64,000 bases of DNA from Eledone cirrhosa. Taxonomy: Eukaryota. Under the pieces are notes generated by a model. It searched no databases and had not been told where the DNA came from. It saw only the letters and a program-made list of their open reading frames with translations. This document shows positions 13,278 to 26,739 of the stretch, piece after piece. The stretch covers positions 21,080,001-21,144,000 of the forward strand of contig OZ024764.1 of assembly GCA_964016885.1 (NCBI GenBank). The letters run 5' to 3'. Numbering within the stretch: the first letter of the stretch is position 1; every line of letters begins with the position of its first letter. A program made the position numbers and the translations under genes.

Positions 13278-13637
13278 GGAAACGACTAGATTTGTAGATA
13301 AAGAAGTGGGAGACAGGATTATCAGAGTTTAGCAGAGTTACACACTTCTCCAGTTGGCTGGGAAATAATTATCTTTCCTTAATTTTATTTCTCGACCTCT
13401 TAGATGTTTGCAATCGACTTTTCTTCCTGAAAACGGAAACCCTAACCCTAATACTGGGGAATAAAACGTCTATCGCAAGTATCTAAGGGGTCCAGAGAAA
13501 AAATACTGGAAAAGGGGTATAGCAAGAATTCTAAGAAAAATAATTATTCTCACCCAACGTGAGGTGTGAGTAGATCTGTGAAACTACATCTCTTTGTATA
13601 CTTTCACCCTACTTTTTCTACAAATCTAGTCGTTTCC
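13278..13637. mobile_element. Fold-back MITE with a central CCCTAACCCTAA
   Basis: 21-bp perfect TIR GGAAACGACTAGATTTGTAGA / TCTACAAATCTAGTCGTTTCC and imperfect internal arm complementarity; partial copies at about 35822 and 57845-58070. Confidence 0.72.
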
Positions 13638-13738
13638 GTGAGGGTACCTGGTTATTTCAGCACCGTAGCCTCACCTTATAGAGGCGTCAGGTGATACCCG
13701 TGAGGGTACCTGGTTATTTCAGCACCTTAGCCTCACCA
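13637..13738. repeat. 62-bp tandem repeat (about 2.5 copies at 58073-58228), inverted homolog of the 73-bp repeat
   Basis: CGTGAGGGTACCTGGTTATTTCAGCACC.TAGCCTCACC at 13637 and 13699. Confidence 0.8.
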
Positions 13739-13824
13739 TCACCCGTTGTAATGCTGCCAGTGTGTTGGCTTGCCTCAAAGTGTGTAGTTAACCCCTAGGG
13801 TGTGAGGTGTGGCCTATTATCACA

Positions 13825-16800
13825 CTATAAATTCAATTTATTCACGTTTATAATAACATATATAATGACACAATGCTTAGAGGAAAGTCATAGCATCACT
13901 TATATCAACACAAGTGGATAATTTACTTCAGAATGAAAATATAAACAGAGCATATAAATAAATTTACAGTAGAATAACATAACAAATATGTTTTAAATAT
14001 ATAAATAACATTACAAATGCCTCGGTAACACTATAAAGGATGATACAATGAAAGATAAATTCCTTCAATGTTGCAATATTAAAGAAAATGTAAAGGAAGG
14101 GGTGGACAACGGAGCCAACACCAGAGCAAAAGACAGCAACGAGGGGTACTGGGAAACCTCTCTAATGAGTTTTGAGGCAAGCCAGCACACTGGCAGTGTT
14201 ACCTCGGGTGATGGCGAGGCTGAGGTGCTGGAACAGCCAAGCGCCCTCGCGATTTCGCCAGTTACTTCTATAAGGCGAGCAGCCAGTGAGGAAAGGAACC
14301 TCGCAGTCAGTGGCCCGACTCCCCCAAACGTCTCGAAAGCCACAGGCTGAAAAATGTAGCTGGCCGACAGATCAGAGTATTTGAGGGTCTTACTCCGCTC
14401 GGCTGCCGAAGCTGTGGCTCTCGTCCTTACCGCAGCATCAAGGATGTGGGAAAGAGCAAAGGAGTCACTAACAGTGACGTCCCAGATTAAGCACCTGCCT
14501 CTCGACCAGGGGCACAGGGTAAGGCCGTCAGGTCTTTGGCCGTCACTTCTGGACAACCCAGATGGTTCCAAGACTGAGGGGATGTTTGCCCGGGCCAAAG
14601 CTCTCTTCAGAATAAAGTTTAGCTCCGTGTGACGGGCGAAATGGCCGGCATTCAGGCGGCAAGAAAGACCGTGGGGGCCTGTGGAGTCGAGGAGTTAGCC
14701 ACATCTCAAACCCATGCAGACGTCAGCTCCCACTCTGAGGGTGATGGAGACACGAAGTTCATCCAGGCTGAGTAGGCCTCCAACGTTGGCCACGGGTAAG
14801 GCATCGACCCAGTCACCGGAGTATTTGGCGCTGGCAGATGGTAAGCGGCACCTTGCAAACTGATCTGAGAGGACAAAGAGGGAGTCGAAGGTGGCATTCC
14901 AACGTATCCTGTCCCAAGTTCTCTGACTTCGACTGTCCTCCACCTTCTCAGGAAGAGACAAGCCCAACTCACTCCATTGCTGGAGAGCTTCACACAACTC
15001 CCTGTTGGAAATAGTCCATGTTGGAGAGGAGAGGATGCTGCAAGCTTGGGTGGAGGAAAGGAAGCAGGGGAGAGAGAGGGACGAACACTTACTAACATTG
15101 ACCAGACACTCGAGTCTCTCGAAGATTAGGTCGTCGAAGCGTTGGAGGCAGGATGGAAATCTGTGAGAGGGGCTGACCCTGAGCAGATACAGAAGCTTAG
15201 GAATAGACAGGTTGTTCCTGAGTAAGAAGAAACCTTGATGGGGTTCGATATCTTCAATATTCCTCAGCAGCTGCTCAAGGCCAACCATCTTCGATTGGAT
15301 GGTGGACTCGAAGGCCAGGTCTGTGATTGGGGCTCCTAAGGAGCACCAAGCCGACGGGGGAGGGACCATGATGGAAGGGAAGGACTCTGCGAACAGGTCG
15401 ATCAGCTGTTGGTGTTAAGAAGCCGGGTGGTTGAGGATCCAGAGCTCACATTTGGAGCTATTGATCTGGAGACCCCGGCGCCAAGCTCCTCCACCATCCT
15501 GTTGGCAGTGGCGAGAACCATATCCGGAGTTCCCCCCAAACAGGCGTCGTCGAGCTACCAGACATTGAGGTCCAACTCAGCCCTCATCTTGGTGACGTCA
15601 TCAATGTCCAGTGAGGGGGGAGTCCCGAGTGGGTCACCCTGTTGGACTCCTGAGGCAGAGGTGATGATCTGGTCACTGAAAGAGAGGTAGGAGGGCTCCC
15701 GATAAGCCTGCCAAGCAAAGTGGTAGAGTTGTGGGATCCTCTCTCTTACTGAGCCGAGGACGATGTTACGGCTGACGGAGTTGAAGGCATTCCTGAGGTC
15801 AAGTTTGAGGATGACCTTGGGGGATGAGGAGGGCAAGTTGGCAAATGCTCTGGCAGCGAGGACAGTAGCCACACATCCCAACCTGGTACCCACCCACAGC
15901 TGGATGGGGGAAAATTCCTCCGCCACTGAGTTGGAGACCAACAGCAATCAAGCCTTTGCAGTGAGGCGGCGAGGTGTGCAGCCAACCGCAATGCGGCGCA
16001 GGTCCTCGTTGGGCTTGGTGAGACCAAATAGCTTCGCACCGAAGAACAGTGGGCGGATGAACGGGAGAACGTTCACTGATTCACAAACTGAGTCAGACTC
16101 TCCAAGAGCTCGAGTCCGGCATCACCGGCCGATAAGGAGATACCATCCTTGAGGTGTTGAGGACGAAGGACGTCAATTCCCGCGCCTGACCCAGCGGGGA
16201 AGGATGAAATTGCCTTTCTGATGATATTGGTGGTGTAAACCGGTCTCAAGTATTCTGGTGGTTCGGGCCAGTGTTGCTGATCATCTGGGGGTGCTTCTCT
16301 TTCAGACGCTCACGAGAGTCAGAGTTGCATGGAGCAAGGGAGGACAGCCCCTTTAATGTCAAATTCGCTGAATTGTCATGGACGGCTCGCTTGAGGTCTA
16401 CCGGTTGTCTGTTGGTGGACACCGAGCTCGGAGACGAACTGAGATGAGACGTGGTTGGGGTGGACTCAAACAGCTGGAACTGCCGCTTGAGAGAGGACTT
16501 GAGGGAACCCGAGTTCGCATTGTGCACGTGAAGAGAGATGAGGGGAAACAAAAACAATTTCTGCCAGACTATTGTTGGACGAGGAAACGTTTTTCAGTAA
16601 ATTAGAGAGGGCACCTGCAAAGCTGTTCCGAGCTCCCTTAAGGGTCCGGTTAACGAGCTTTGATTTGGTGAAGCCCTGGGGGGGCTGTGGAAAGTCGTCG
16701 GTAGAGTGTTGGTCATCCCCACGGAATAGTCAGAGCTGAAGTGGCACCGATGACAGGTCCAGTGTTGAAGCCTTTTTGCTTGAGCTTTGGTGATGCCGAC

Positions 16801-17470
16801 ACAGCTTCTGTGGTAGCTTGCGTGGCATAGGTGACTTAATTGTCTTTAAGTACTGGTTAGTGCGGGCACAGAGGGCGCAATCAGGTGGCGGGCTGGCAAC
16901 AGCCGGCATTAGAGGGCCAGCGTTGGAATTCGCTGAAGGGAGTGAGTCAGTAAAGGAGAAAACAGTGGTTCTAACGGTGGGACTAAAGCGGGGGTTGGGT
17001 AGTGAGCTAACAGTTGTAGGGGTGGTGTGGTTGGCCGGGTTGGATTCGTTCGGAATCTGCCGTGAAGGAGAGGAGGGGTAGGTGGGGTCAAGTTAGCTCC
17101 TCTCGTGCGTGCTGCAGTTGGTGGAGAATGAGAGGTCGAAGGCTGACCGGTTGTCACATAGTCGTTCCACCAAGCAGGTCTCTTGGTCGTTCAACGCATG
17201 CCACCCCCACTTAGAGTGGACTATGTTAAAGTGGTGGCAACTTTAGCAATCGGCAATCGCCGGTAATAGTTCGGTCGAAACATCGGGCCACCAGCGGGTT
17301 GAACGAATACCTAGGTGGGCTGTGCGCGAGGAGGAAGTAAGGGTTGAGCAAGGGGAGGGATGGAAGGTGGAGAAGGAGTGAGAAGATGATGAGTGCGTGG
17401 AGAGGAGTGTGGTCATGTGAGAGGCAGATAAATACAGTGGGAGAGAAAGAGCACTGAACATGCAAAGAGA
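13825..17470 (-). mobile_element. CRE-clade non-LTR retrotransposon (RT, Zn knuckle, restriction-like endonuclease), frameshifted
   Basis: RT motifs RRIAVGC..RRL.AK, LKLDLRNAFNSVSR, GVQQGDPLG, W*LDD; CG..H.LSC...RH knuckle; RPDG..PW..G..LIWDVT and FQPVAFETFG endonuclease; AT-rich 3' UTR with AATAAA near 13840. The 5' boundary is uncertain and may extend to 18096. Confidence 0.85.
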
Positions 17471-18554
17471 AGGAAAATAAAAACGCTAGAAATACAAAAT
17501 CTAAGGCTGTGAGTTTGTGTAATAGTTCGCATGGGTAAATCCGCAGTAAAAACCGAAATTGTGAGTTTGTCTAAAAAAAAAAAAAAAAAAAAACATGGGC
17601 AAGACTTGAGTAAAATCAAAACCTGAATGATAGTGATACAAGATGTTTACAATTACGGAGTGATTACATTACTGGACCTGAATTCTATCAAGTGGTCAAA
17701 GCTTCTAATTCTGTGAAATAGAATGGAAGTATGGATTGACCTTTCAGTCACACCTGACTATAAATAGATTCAGGTTATTTCAAGAGGGAGATGGGATGGT
17801 TCCTCGCCATTTATAATTATTTATATTTTATATTTGGGGGGTTTGATTTTGAAAAATTGTAAGTGTATGTTAAGGAGGAAAGTATAATTGTGTGATACAA
17901 TTGCTCCAGGTTGGTTCCCTACGTTGTTGCCACAAACAATTCTTTTTTCCTCCGAACATCTGTTATTCCTCTCCGTAGATTATAAATGGTAAAATCCGTT
18001 CGATCCAACCGAATGGAAAATCCAGTTCCTTGAAGAATATTTTGAGTTGTCTCGGACAAAGCAAAAAAAGGGGAAAGTTGAAAATGTTTACCTCGTTTGG
18101 TGGTCAATTGCCATCTCCCACTGTGTTTTTCTTTCCTTTATCATTATTGTTCAATAAATTATATTATTATACACAGTTTAGACAATATATTTGTAATGTC
18201 TTTCTCAAGGAATTGCCAGCAATTTATAATGTTATTTACACACTTATGTTATTTATGTATATATTTAAAACATATTTACAACGTTATTCTACTGTAAATT
18301 TATACAATTGTAATAAAATATATTAATTATATCATCACATAATATAAAAACGACCTTTAGAATATTTAAATATTTAGTTTTGTTAATTTATTTTTCAGCA
18401 ACAACAAAAGTTTTCACTTTAATTAATTAGAGGTCGGTAAAATATAGATAATTACGATAACATTTTATATTTCCAGTAATGAAACAAACAAGAAAATATA
18501 TATTTGTGATGTGAAAAGTGAGCTTAAATCTACAACAATATTAATAGACATAAT

Positions 18555-18860
18555 TGTTTCTACTTTTGGCACAAGGCCAGCAATTATCCCAGTACATTAC
18601 TGGTACTTTATTTTATCGACCCCGTAAGGATGAAAGGCAAAGTAAACCTCGGCGGGATTTGAACTCAGATCGTAAAGGGACGTAACTATGCTGGAAAGCA
18701 TGGCGTCCGACCCTCTACCGATACTGCCAATCCACCGCCCTTATTAATAGACATAATTGTTTCTACTTTAGGCACAAGGCCAGCAAATACCCAGTGCATT
18801 ACTGGTACTTTATTTTATCGACCCCGTAAGGATGAAAGGCAAAGTCAACCTCGGCGGGAT
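18555..18860 (-). mobile_element. Two tandem tRNA-derived SINE copies (one full, one 5'-truncated) with 16-bp TSDs
   Basis: Minus strand A box TGGCAGTATCGG, B box GAGTTCAAATCCC, body GCCTTTCATCCTTACGGGGTCGATAAAA; TATTAATAGACATAAT at 18539, 18742 and 18861; empty site at 1121. Confidence 0.85.
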
Positions 18861-21069
18861 TATTAATAGACATAATACTTACATTATAGTCTCAGTAAAT
18901 GTTGTTGTAGGAAGACTAACACGTGGACAGGAAGTAGACAACTGCACCACTGCGCATGCTTCAATGTCAAAGGTCAAGTTTTTTGGTGACGTAAAAATAT
19001 TTTTACTGAATTAAATTATGTAAAGTTTGTAAGAAAAAAATGAAGTTGAAATCAGTAAATGTAATTAAAATAGAGAAAGTAAGGTGTTGGTGGTGAAGAA
19101 TGGACGGTACACATTTCACCTCAGTCTAGGTAGTGTATTTTACCTGTGTCACTCGGACAATAGCCAGCGATGACCACTACACCAACCACTCTCTCCTTCA
19201 GATGGTGTTCACTTTCGTGAGTCTGTAGAATAACAGGGCAGTGGGAAGACAGAGGACAGCAGAGGAGGTCTTGACTAGAAAAGAGTATCACTTGATACCT
19301 CGATATAACCTGTTGGTAGATATAGTAGGGTGCTGGATCAATCGAGTACCCTGGCAGAGATCACCGGGTATCTCGGTAAGATCGGGTCATATGGAGGCTA
19401 AGTTGCCAGAACAGCTAAGTACCCCGACAGAGATCACCGGGTACTTCGGTAAGATCGGGTCATGTGGAGGCTAAACCGCCAGAACAGCTAAGTACCCTCA
19501 CAAGAGTCATCGGGTACTTCGGTAAAGCCAGCCGCCAACAGTGACCACAACTTCGTTGTCAGCAGCCCAGCTTCTCAAACATCACAGACTGGAATAAATA
19601 CTTTGCCGATAATTACTGGTAGTTTAGCTTTTATTTCGTTCGTCTACAGAAGCAGTGACCCTCACTTTTACTACAGCATGTAGGATGTGGGAGGGAGACG
19701 AAAACATCACTAATGTGACAGTTAGTTTTGAAAATATATATACAAGATACAAGACAAATGACTAGACTGAAATATATTTGAATGGGAATAAAGAGTAGAA
19801 TATTCTAGTCTGTGGTGTTGGAGAAGTTTGGAGGAGATAGGTCCCTGACAACGAGGTTCTTGTTATCGTTGGCAGCTCTCCTTACCGAGGTGTCAGGTGA
19901 TACATATGAGGGTGTTTGGTAGTTCCAACATCTTAGCCTTGCTATCACTCGAGGTAAGACTGTCTCAGAAAGTATTAGAAGGAGACTCCGGCACCCCATG
20001 TGATGTGCGACTGATTGACAGAGTGTTGACTTAATATTTTCATTTGTTGTGATTCTATGTGAAATATGTCACTATGTAAGTAACTTGGTTACGTGAATCA
20101 TTGTGAATCTCGTAAATACTTAAACAGAAATCTACTTAGGACACAAAATAAAGCAGATTCCATTGAACAAAGTATGTAAAGGACGTATATCAAAAAGAAG
20201 GGGGGATGTAACGAAAGTTGTCTCCCCTTACATATGTTTTGTTTTACTGTATTAGGGGTATAGATGTGTTTGTCTGTCTCTCTCTCGGTATAAACTATCA
20301 TTTGCACTGCCTGTTTTTTGTTCCTGTCTAATATTTAACTATATATATATATCCATCTCTCCAAAAATGATCAATTTAATTCTCTTTAACTCACTACATT
20401 CCACGACATGAAGTCTGCTATCAAAACTGACCAAAGAATCCTGCCACCTCTACCCCTCCCTCCATCTCAGTTTGTCACTCTACTTCCTACCTCTTCCCCC
20501 TTCCTCTCTCTCTATACTATTCCGTCTGTCTCCTCACCTTCTGATTCCTCTCTCTCTATACTAGTAAATACAATTCCAAATAAATGTTTTTCTCTATATA
20601 TTAAGAATTATTTCAAGAGTAACTTACTATTTTGAAAATTTGGACTGTGAACAGAACAACAATTATAATTGAGTGGCTGCTATTTGCAGGATAGAAATAT
20701 AAGGTTGCACTTACCAATGAAACGGTCGTAAATACCTGGATAAAATCCTTCTCTTAATGCTTACCTGTGTTTTCTCTTTTATACTATATATACATATATA
20801 TAATGGAATACTGTTGGCTTTTTGCTACAATAATTTCTATATTCTTCATTTATATATATATATATATATCTTGAGGTTGTGAGTTCGATTCCTGGACCAG
20901 GCGATGCGTTATGACCTTGAGCAAGACACTTTATTTCACGTTGTTCCTTCTACCTGGAGTTGCGACCGATAGTACTAGCAATTGGAAAGACCAATGGAAA
21001 CATTGCTTCCTCGGTCCGATTTGACGAAAGTCGATCGTTCCTTCATATATATATATATATATACACACA

Positions 21070-23080
21070 CTGTGATACCTTGACTTACGAGTTTAATTTG
21101 TTCCGTGGAGGACCTCGTAACTTAAATTACTCGTATGTCAAATCAATTTTCCCCACTGAAATAAAATAAAATGCCATTAATCCGTTCCAGACCCCCAAAA
21201 ACCACAGTTTGTTTTGTTACGTGTTTTTAAATAAGAAAAATGTACTTATAAATGACAAATATTGTATACAAAAAACAATACAATAGAATGTACTGCAACA
21301 AACTAGTTTTATTAAGTATAATGTACAGCATCTATCTTGGAGATCAGACGACTTGAGGATGTTGACGGAGGAGAAAGGATGAACTGAATAACTGAATCTT
21401 ATTCGCTGATTTTTGCTCTTTTCGCCACGCTTTCCTCACTTTTATCTGCAGGGATTTTCAATAAAAACCTGTCTAATAAGGTTTGTTTCATCTCACTTGT
21501 TGAGATAACCTCCTCTGTGTCACCTATTTCCTGCAAAAACTCCGTGTGTTGCTGTGTCTGTAGCTCCTTTAATTCCTTCGTTGTCATTTCCTCGGGGTGC
21601 TCCTCGATGAGCTCGTTGATGTCACCTTCATCCATGTCCAGGCCCATGGACTTACCGAGGGGTACAATCTCCTCCACCACTGCCGCTTCGGGTTCGAGTC
21701 TTTCAAAGTCTGTTTTAGACACAACCTCAGGCCACAGCTTCTTCCATGTAGAGGTCAAGGTCCTCTTTGTAAGACCCTGCCATGTCATATCGATAATTCT
21801 GAGGCATATCACGATGTTATAATGGTCCTTCCAGACCTCTCAAGGGTGAAGTTTGTGCTCTCCGTCACTTCAAAGCAGCGACTGAACAGGTGCTTGGTGA
21901 AGAGCTTCTTGAAATTAGAAAGTACCTGCTGGTCCTTGGGCTGTAGGATAGGGGTGGTGTTTGGTGGAAGGTAGAGGACCTTTATAAACTTGAACTCTTC
22001 GAGGGTGGGTGAGTGAGCAGGTGCATTATGTAGGACAAGAAAGATTTACAGGGGTAGGTTATTTTCATGGAGATATTTTTTAACGTCAGGACCAAAGACC
22101 AAATTCACCCACTCCACAAAGAACTACCTGGTGACCCATGACCTCGGGTTTGCCCTCCACATAACCTGCAGTTTTTCTTTCAGAATCTTATGTGACTTAA
22201 AGGTTCTGGAGTTTTCTGAATGATAAACGAGTGGCAACTTAATCTTACAGTCAACGTTCACAGTGGCACACAGTGCGAGGGTTAGCCTATCCTTCATGGG
22301 TTTGTGGCCAGGTATCCTCTTCCATTATATAAGTCCTTTTTGGTATCTTCTTCCAAAAAAGTCCTGTTTCATCACAGTTAAAGACTTGCTGAGGGATGTA
22401 TCCTTCGGCTGCTATAATTCAGGGAAAGGTTTTGAGGTAATCCTCAGCTGCCTTCATATCCGCGCTCGCTGCCTCACCATGCCTGACAACGGAGTGAATG
22501 CCGGCCCTCTTTTTAAAATTCTCAAACCAACCCCGACTGGCATTAAAGGGCTTGCCGGTGCCTCGTCCGTAGAAGTACCTGGGGTTTGCTGCCACAAATC
22601 AGCGTAAATAGCTCGTGCCTTCTCACATATTATAATCTTCATCACAGTATCTCTTCCGACCTGCTTCTCCTTCAACCACACCATCAGCAGCTTTTCCATG
22701 TTTAGAAATTATTTTACCACCCTTAGCTGGGGTTATAGCCTTTATCAAGTCCTTCTACTTCAGTATGGTACATATCGTAGAAGTTCTACGCTCGTACTGC
22801 TTCACCAAGTCCACTACACACACCTTGGTCATGTTTTTCTATAATTTCTTTCTTTAATTCAATACACATCATCTGCTTCTTCTTCTCAGAACTGTCCTTC
22901 ACCCTCACTTTCTTCGAAGCCATGGGATGCTGGGCGGGTGTTATCGTATTCCCTGTGGCGGTCGCTATGCCAACTAGTGGCGGGGCATCTGAAGCTGACT
23001 CGTAACCTGAATTTTACCCTGGAACTCAACGCAAAAAATCAGCCGATTAGTTGGGACACTCGTAAGTCAAGGTACCACTG
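21070..23080 (-). mobile_element. Decayed Tigger/pogo transposon, copy 2
   Basis: Same TIRs and flanks; also retains the MEKLLMVW..IICEKAR HTH fragment. Confidence 0.9.
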
Positions 23081-23082
23081 TA

Positions 23083-25849
23083 TCATCATCATCATAATCA
23101 TCATTTTACGTCCGCTATTCCCTGCTCGCAAGGGTGGGACAGGTCTTATTCAGCACAGCATGTCTCCACTCATCACGGTCCCTCGTCATCTCCACCGTGA
23201 GCTTCAACGATCTGAGGTCTGTTCTAACCACCTCCGCCCATGTTTTTCGTGGTCTACCTCTACCACGTCTTCCTTCAACTGGCATTTCCTGGCACTTCTT
23301 CAGCCATCGGTCATCCTCCATGCGCATCACATGTCCATCACATGTCCATACCACCTCAGTCTTCTCCCCCGTACACTACATTCTATCCCTCTCAGACACA
23401 GTTTCTCTCTCAATACATTTATGCTGGGCCGTTCACGCACATTTACACTGCACATCCAACGGAGCATGCTTGCCTCATTTCTCCTCAGCTGTCGCATATC
23501 CTCTGCAGTTGCTGCCCATGTCTCACTACCAAGCAGCATTGCAGTGCTCACGCAGGCATCATACAACCGGCCTTTCGTACGCAGGGAGAAACCTTTCTTC
23601 GTCAGCAGCTCCCTAAACGTCTTCCAACCCGTCCTTATTCTAGTTATTATTGCCTCGGAACACCCTCCTCCCATGCTAATCTGATCTCCTAGGTACCGGA
23701 AGCTATCCACCACTTCCATAGCGCCTTCCTGCATTTGAAAACTGTGTCTATCAATGCGACTTCTACTGTCTAATTTCCCTGTACATCTACTGCATAAGTA
23801 TTTCTCCCTACCTGTTAGTTTGCCTGCTATCCCGCTACATCTCGTGTACCCAGGATCTGCATTGTGTGCATTTTATAGAATTTATGCCAGTTCCTTTTCT
23901 GCATATCGAACATGGCCATTTCCCTAATAGAATCAGAGTTTTGTCCTCTTTTCTACTCATCAACACTTTTGTCTTAGCTAGGTTCACTCTCAGTCCTCTT
24001 TCTGTTTCCATAGCCAGAATTTATTCTCTAGCTCCTCTACTGATTCTGCTATAAGAATCAGATCGTCAGCATAGAGAAGTTCCCATGGGCAGCCAGTCTT
24101 AAACTCCTCTGTTATGACTTGGAGGACTATAATGAACAAGAGCGGACTGAGGACCGAACGTTGATGTACTCCTACTTGTACATAGCTTGCACTGTCCTCA
24201 CACGCCATTCCTCAACACCTAGTTTCCTTAGGGACCACCAGATGACAGATCGGGGTACCCTATCAAAGGTCTTCTCTAGGTCAATAAAGGCTAAGTAGAG
24301 TGGCTTATTTTTCTCTAAGAACCTCTCTTGCAATTGTCTCACTAAGAAGAGGGCATCGGTTGTACTCTTCCCAGGCACAAAACCAAACTGCATCTCATCT
24401 AGTTTGACCCTTTCTCTAATTAGTTGTGCTAATATCCTTTCTGCCACTTTCATAACCTGATCCATCAGTTTTATACCCCTATGATTGCTCCTCTCCAAAG
24501 CATCCCCTTTACCTTTGTAGCAATTTATGAGAATACTGCTGCACTAGTCTTTGGGTATGACACCACCATATATAGCCTGATTAATGATGCGTGCAACCAG
24601 TTTAGTGCCTACGTCCCCTGATGCCTTCAGCATCTCAGCAACTATTCCCAATGGTCCAGCAGCCTTACCATTTTTCATTTCCTTAATCGCCTCTTGGACA
24701 CTATATTCGTCAATCTCAATAGCTGGTCCCTCTGTCGGATCTACTAAGGGTAATTTCTCTCTCCCCCATTCATCAGTCTCTCATAATGACATTTCCAGGC
24801 CTTCTCTTTATAATCATTCGTGACACTAAGTACACCGGCATCATCCCGGACACATTTATCTCCAACAACATCCTGATTTGCATTGACCCTGATCTTCCCG
24901 TCACAGAACATTGGCAAACCTCCTACTCTCAGTCTCCCTGCGTGCTAAGTACACCTGACGTCTAGCTTCTCTCTTAGCGGCTGTATATTCTTCCCTACTC
25001 CCACTCTTTTTCCAAGCCTTCCATGCTAGTCTTTTGTCTCTAATGGCCTTATCTACTGTGCTGTTCCACCACCAGGTCACTCTCTGCTCCAGCCACAAGT
25101 TTCTTCAGTAGCCTGCAGTAAGTTGTCACGTAAGAAATTCCAGTTGTTATCTATGTCATACGTCTCTAAATCGTCTTCTTTTTCGTCATATACATCTTGA
25201 AGGGCTTTCCTAATTTTGTATTTTAGTGAAAGCTCTTTTAGCTTCCAGACCTTTCTTCTCCACACCTTCCTGTATGTCTCATTCCATCTCTTGCTTACTG
25301 AGATATCACTAACAACTAACCTATGCTGTGGGGTACATTCTTCCCCAGGGTATGCCTTGGTATTAGACACTATCTGCCTGTCCCGCTGCCTAACTAGCAG
25401 GAAGTCAATCTGGCTTATGTGCTCACCAGATTTGTAGGTTATTAGGTGATTGGCAGGTTTCTGGAAGTTTGTGTTGCAAATAGTCAATGTACCTGCATCA
25501 CAAAATTCAAGAAGTCTCACTCCTTCTTCATTTCTTGAGCCGTAACCGTGCCCACCATGTACCCCAGTGTAACCATCCTGGAGCTGTCCAACATGACCAT
25601 TGAAGTCCCCTACTAGCATAATGATGTCTCCGTCCTGTCATTGCGGCTGTTTGTAAAAGTTGCTCGTAAAAGCAGTCTTTCTCATCTTTGCCTAGGCCTG
25701 CTTGGGGAACATAGGCAGAGATGATTGTCAGTAGTCTCCTGCCTACAACTAATCTAAGCTTATTCTATTACTAACTCGAACTACCTCTATTGTCTTATTG
25801 ATCCATCTCTCAGCCAGGAAAATGCCTACTCCCCCTAACCCATCATCCT
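23083..25849 (-). mobile_element. RTE LINE, duplicated copy of the 4734 insertion, cut at 25849
   Basis: Same insertion point and same internal deletion (QAMYK/QVGV) as in unit 1. Confidence 0.92.
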
Positions 25850-26739
25850 CTGTCTTAGACAAATGACTAGACTGAAATATATTTGATAGGGAATAAAGAG
25901 TAGAATATTCTAGTCTGTGGTGTTGGAGAAGTTTGGAGGAGATAGGTCCCTGACAACGAGGTTCTTGTTATCGTTGGCAGCTCTCCTTACCGAGGTGTCA
26001 GGTGATACATATGAGGGTGTTTGGTAGTTCCAACATCTTAGCCTTGCTATCACTCGAGGTAAGACTGTCTCAGAAAGTATTAGAGGGAGACTCCGGCACC
26101 CCATGTGATGTGAGACTGATTGACAGAGTGTTGACTTAATATTTTCATTTGTTGTGATTCTATGTGAAATATATCTCTATGTAAGTAACTTGGTTACGTG
26201 AATCATTGTGAATCTCGTAAATACTTGACAACATGGTCTAGTTACCCCTGTCTGGTACCTAGATGACACAACCCTGGGTGGCCCGGCTGAGAGAGGTTAA
26301 GGCCTCTCTATACCCCAGTATATTACAGTCCAACATAACTGGGATGACATCAATTGTAGGTCTCTTCACACTGGTCACCAACGAGACCTCAGAAGTACTT
26401 GGACCCCATACTGCCAAGCTCCTCTGTAAGATCAGAACGTTGGTGGCCCTTCTGAAGTGGGAGTCCCATGAGGTTGGGGTGGCTGTTGCAGTGGGTGTTA
26501 CTGTCCATCGCCCGGGGCAAATACTTTTGCAGTCTTATCCACAGGGCACAGCACTTCTGCCCCTTGACCTAGACCCAAAGCTCAATTATTTACTTGTTGC
26601 TGTGGGTACTTTTATATTTAGTTGTTTTATGACCCTTCTTTGAAATGTAGTCTTTGTCTCATGTGGTGACCTCCTGGTAGTTAATGTAGCAGAACACACT
26701 GAAGGACATGCTGCCCTCCCTAGTGTTGGTAACCTACAT

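Noticed and set aside
26226-26640. 126-aa ORF left of the hAT element
   Set aside because: Shortened in the paralog at 60527; possibly old LINE debris, but I cannot assign it.
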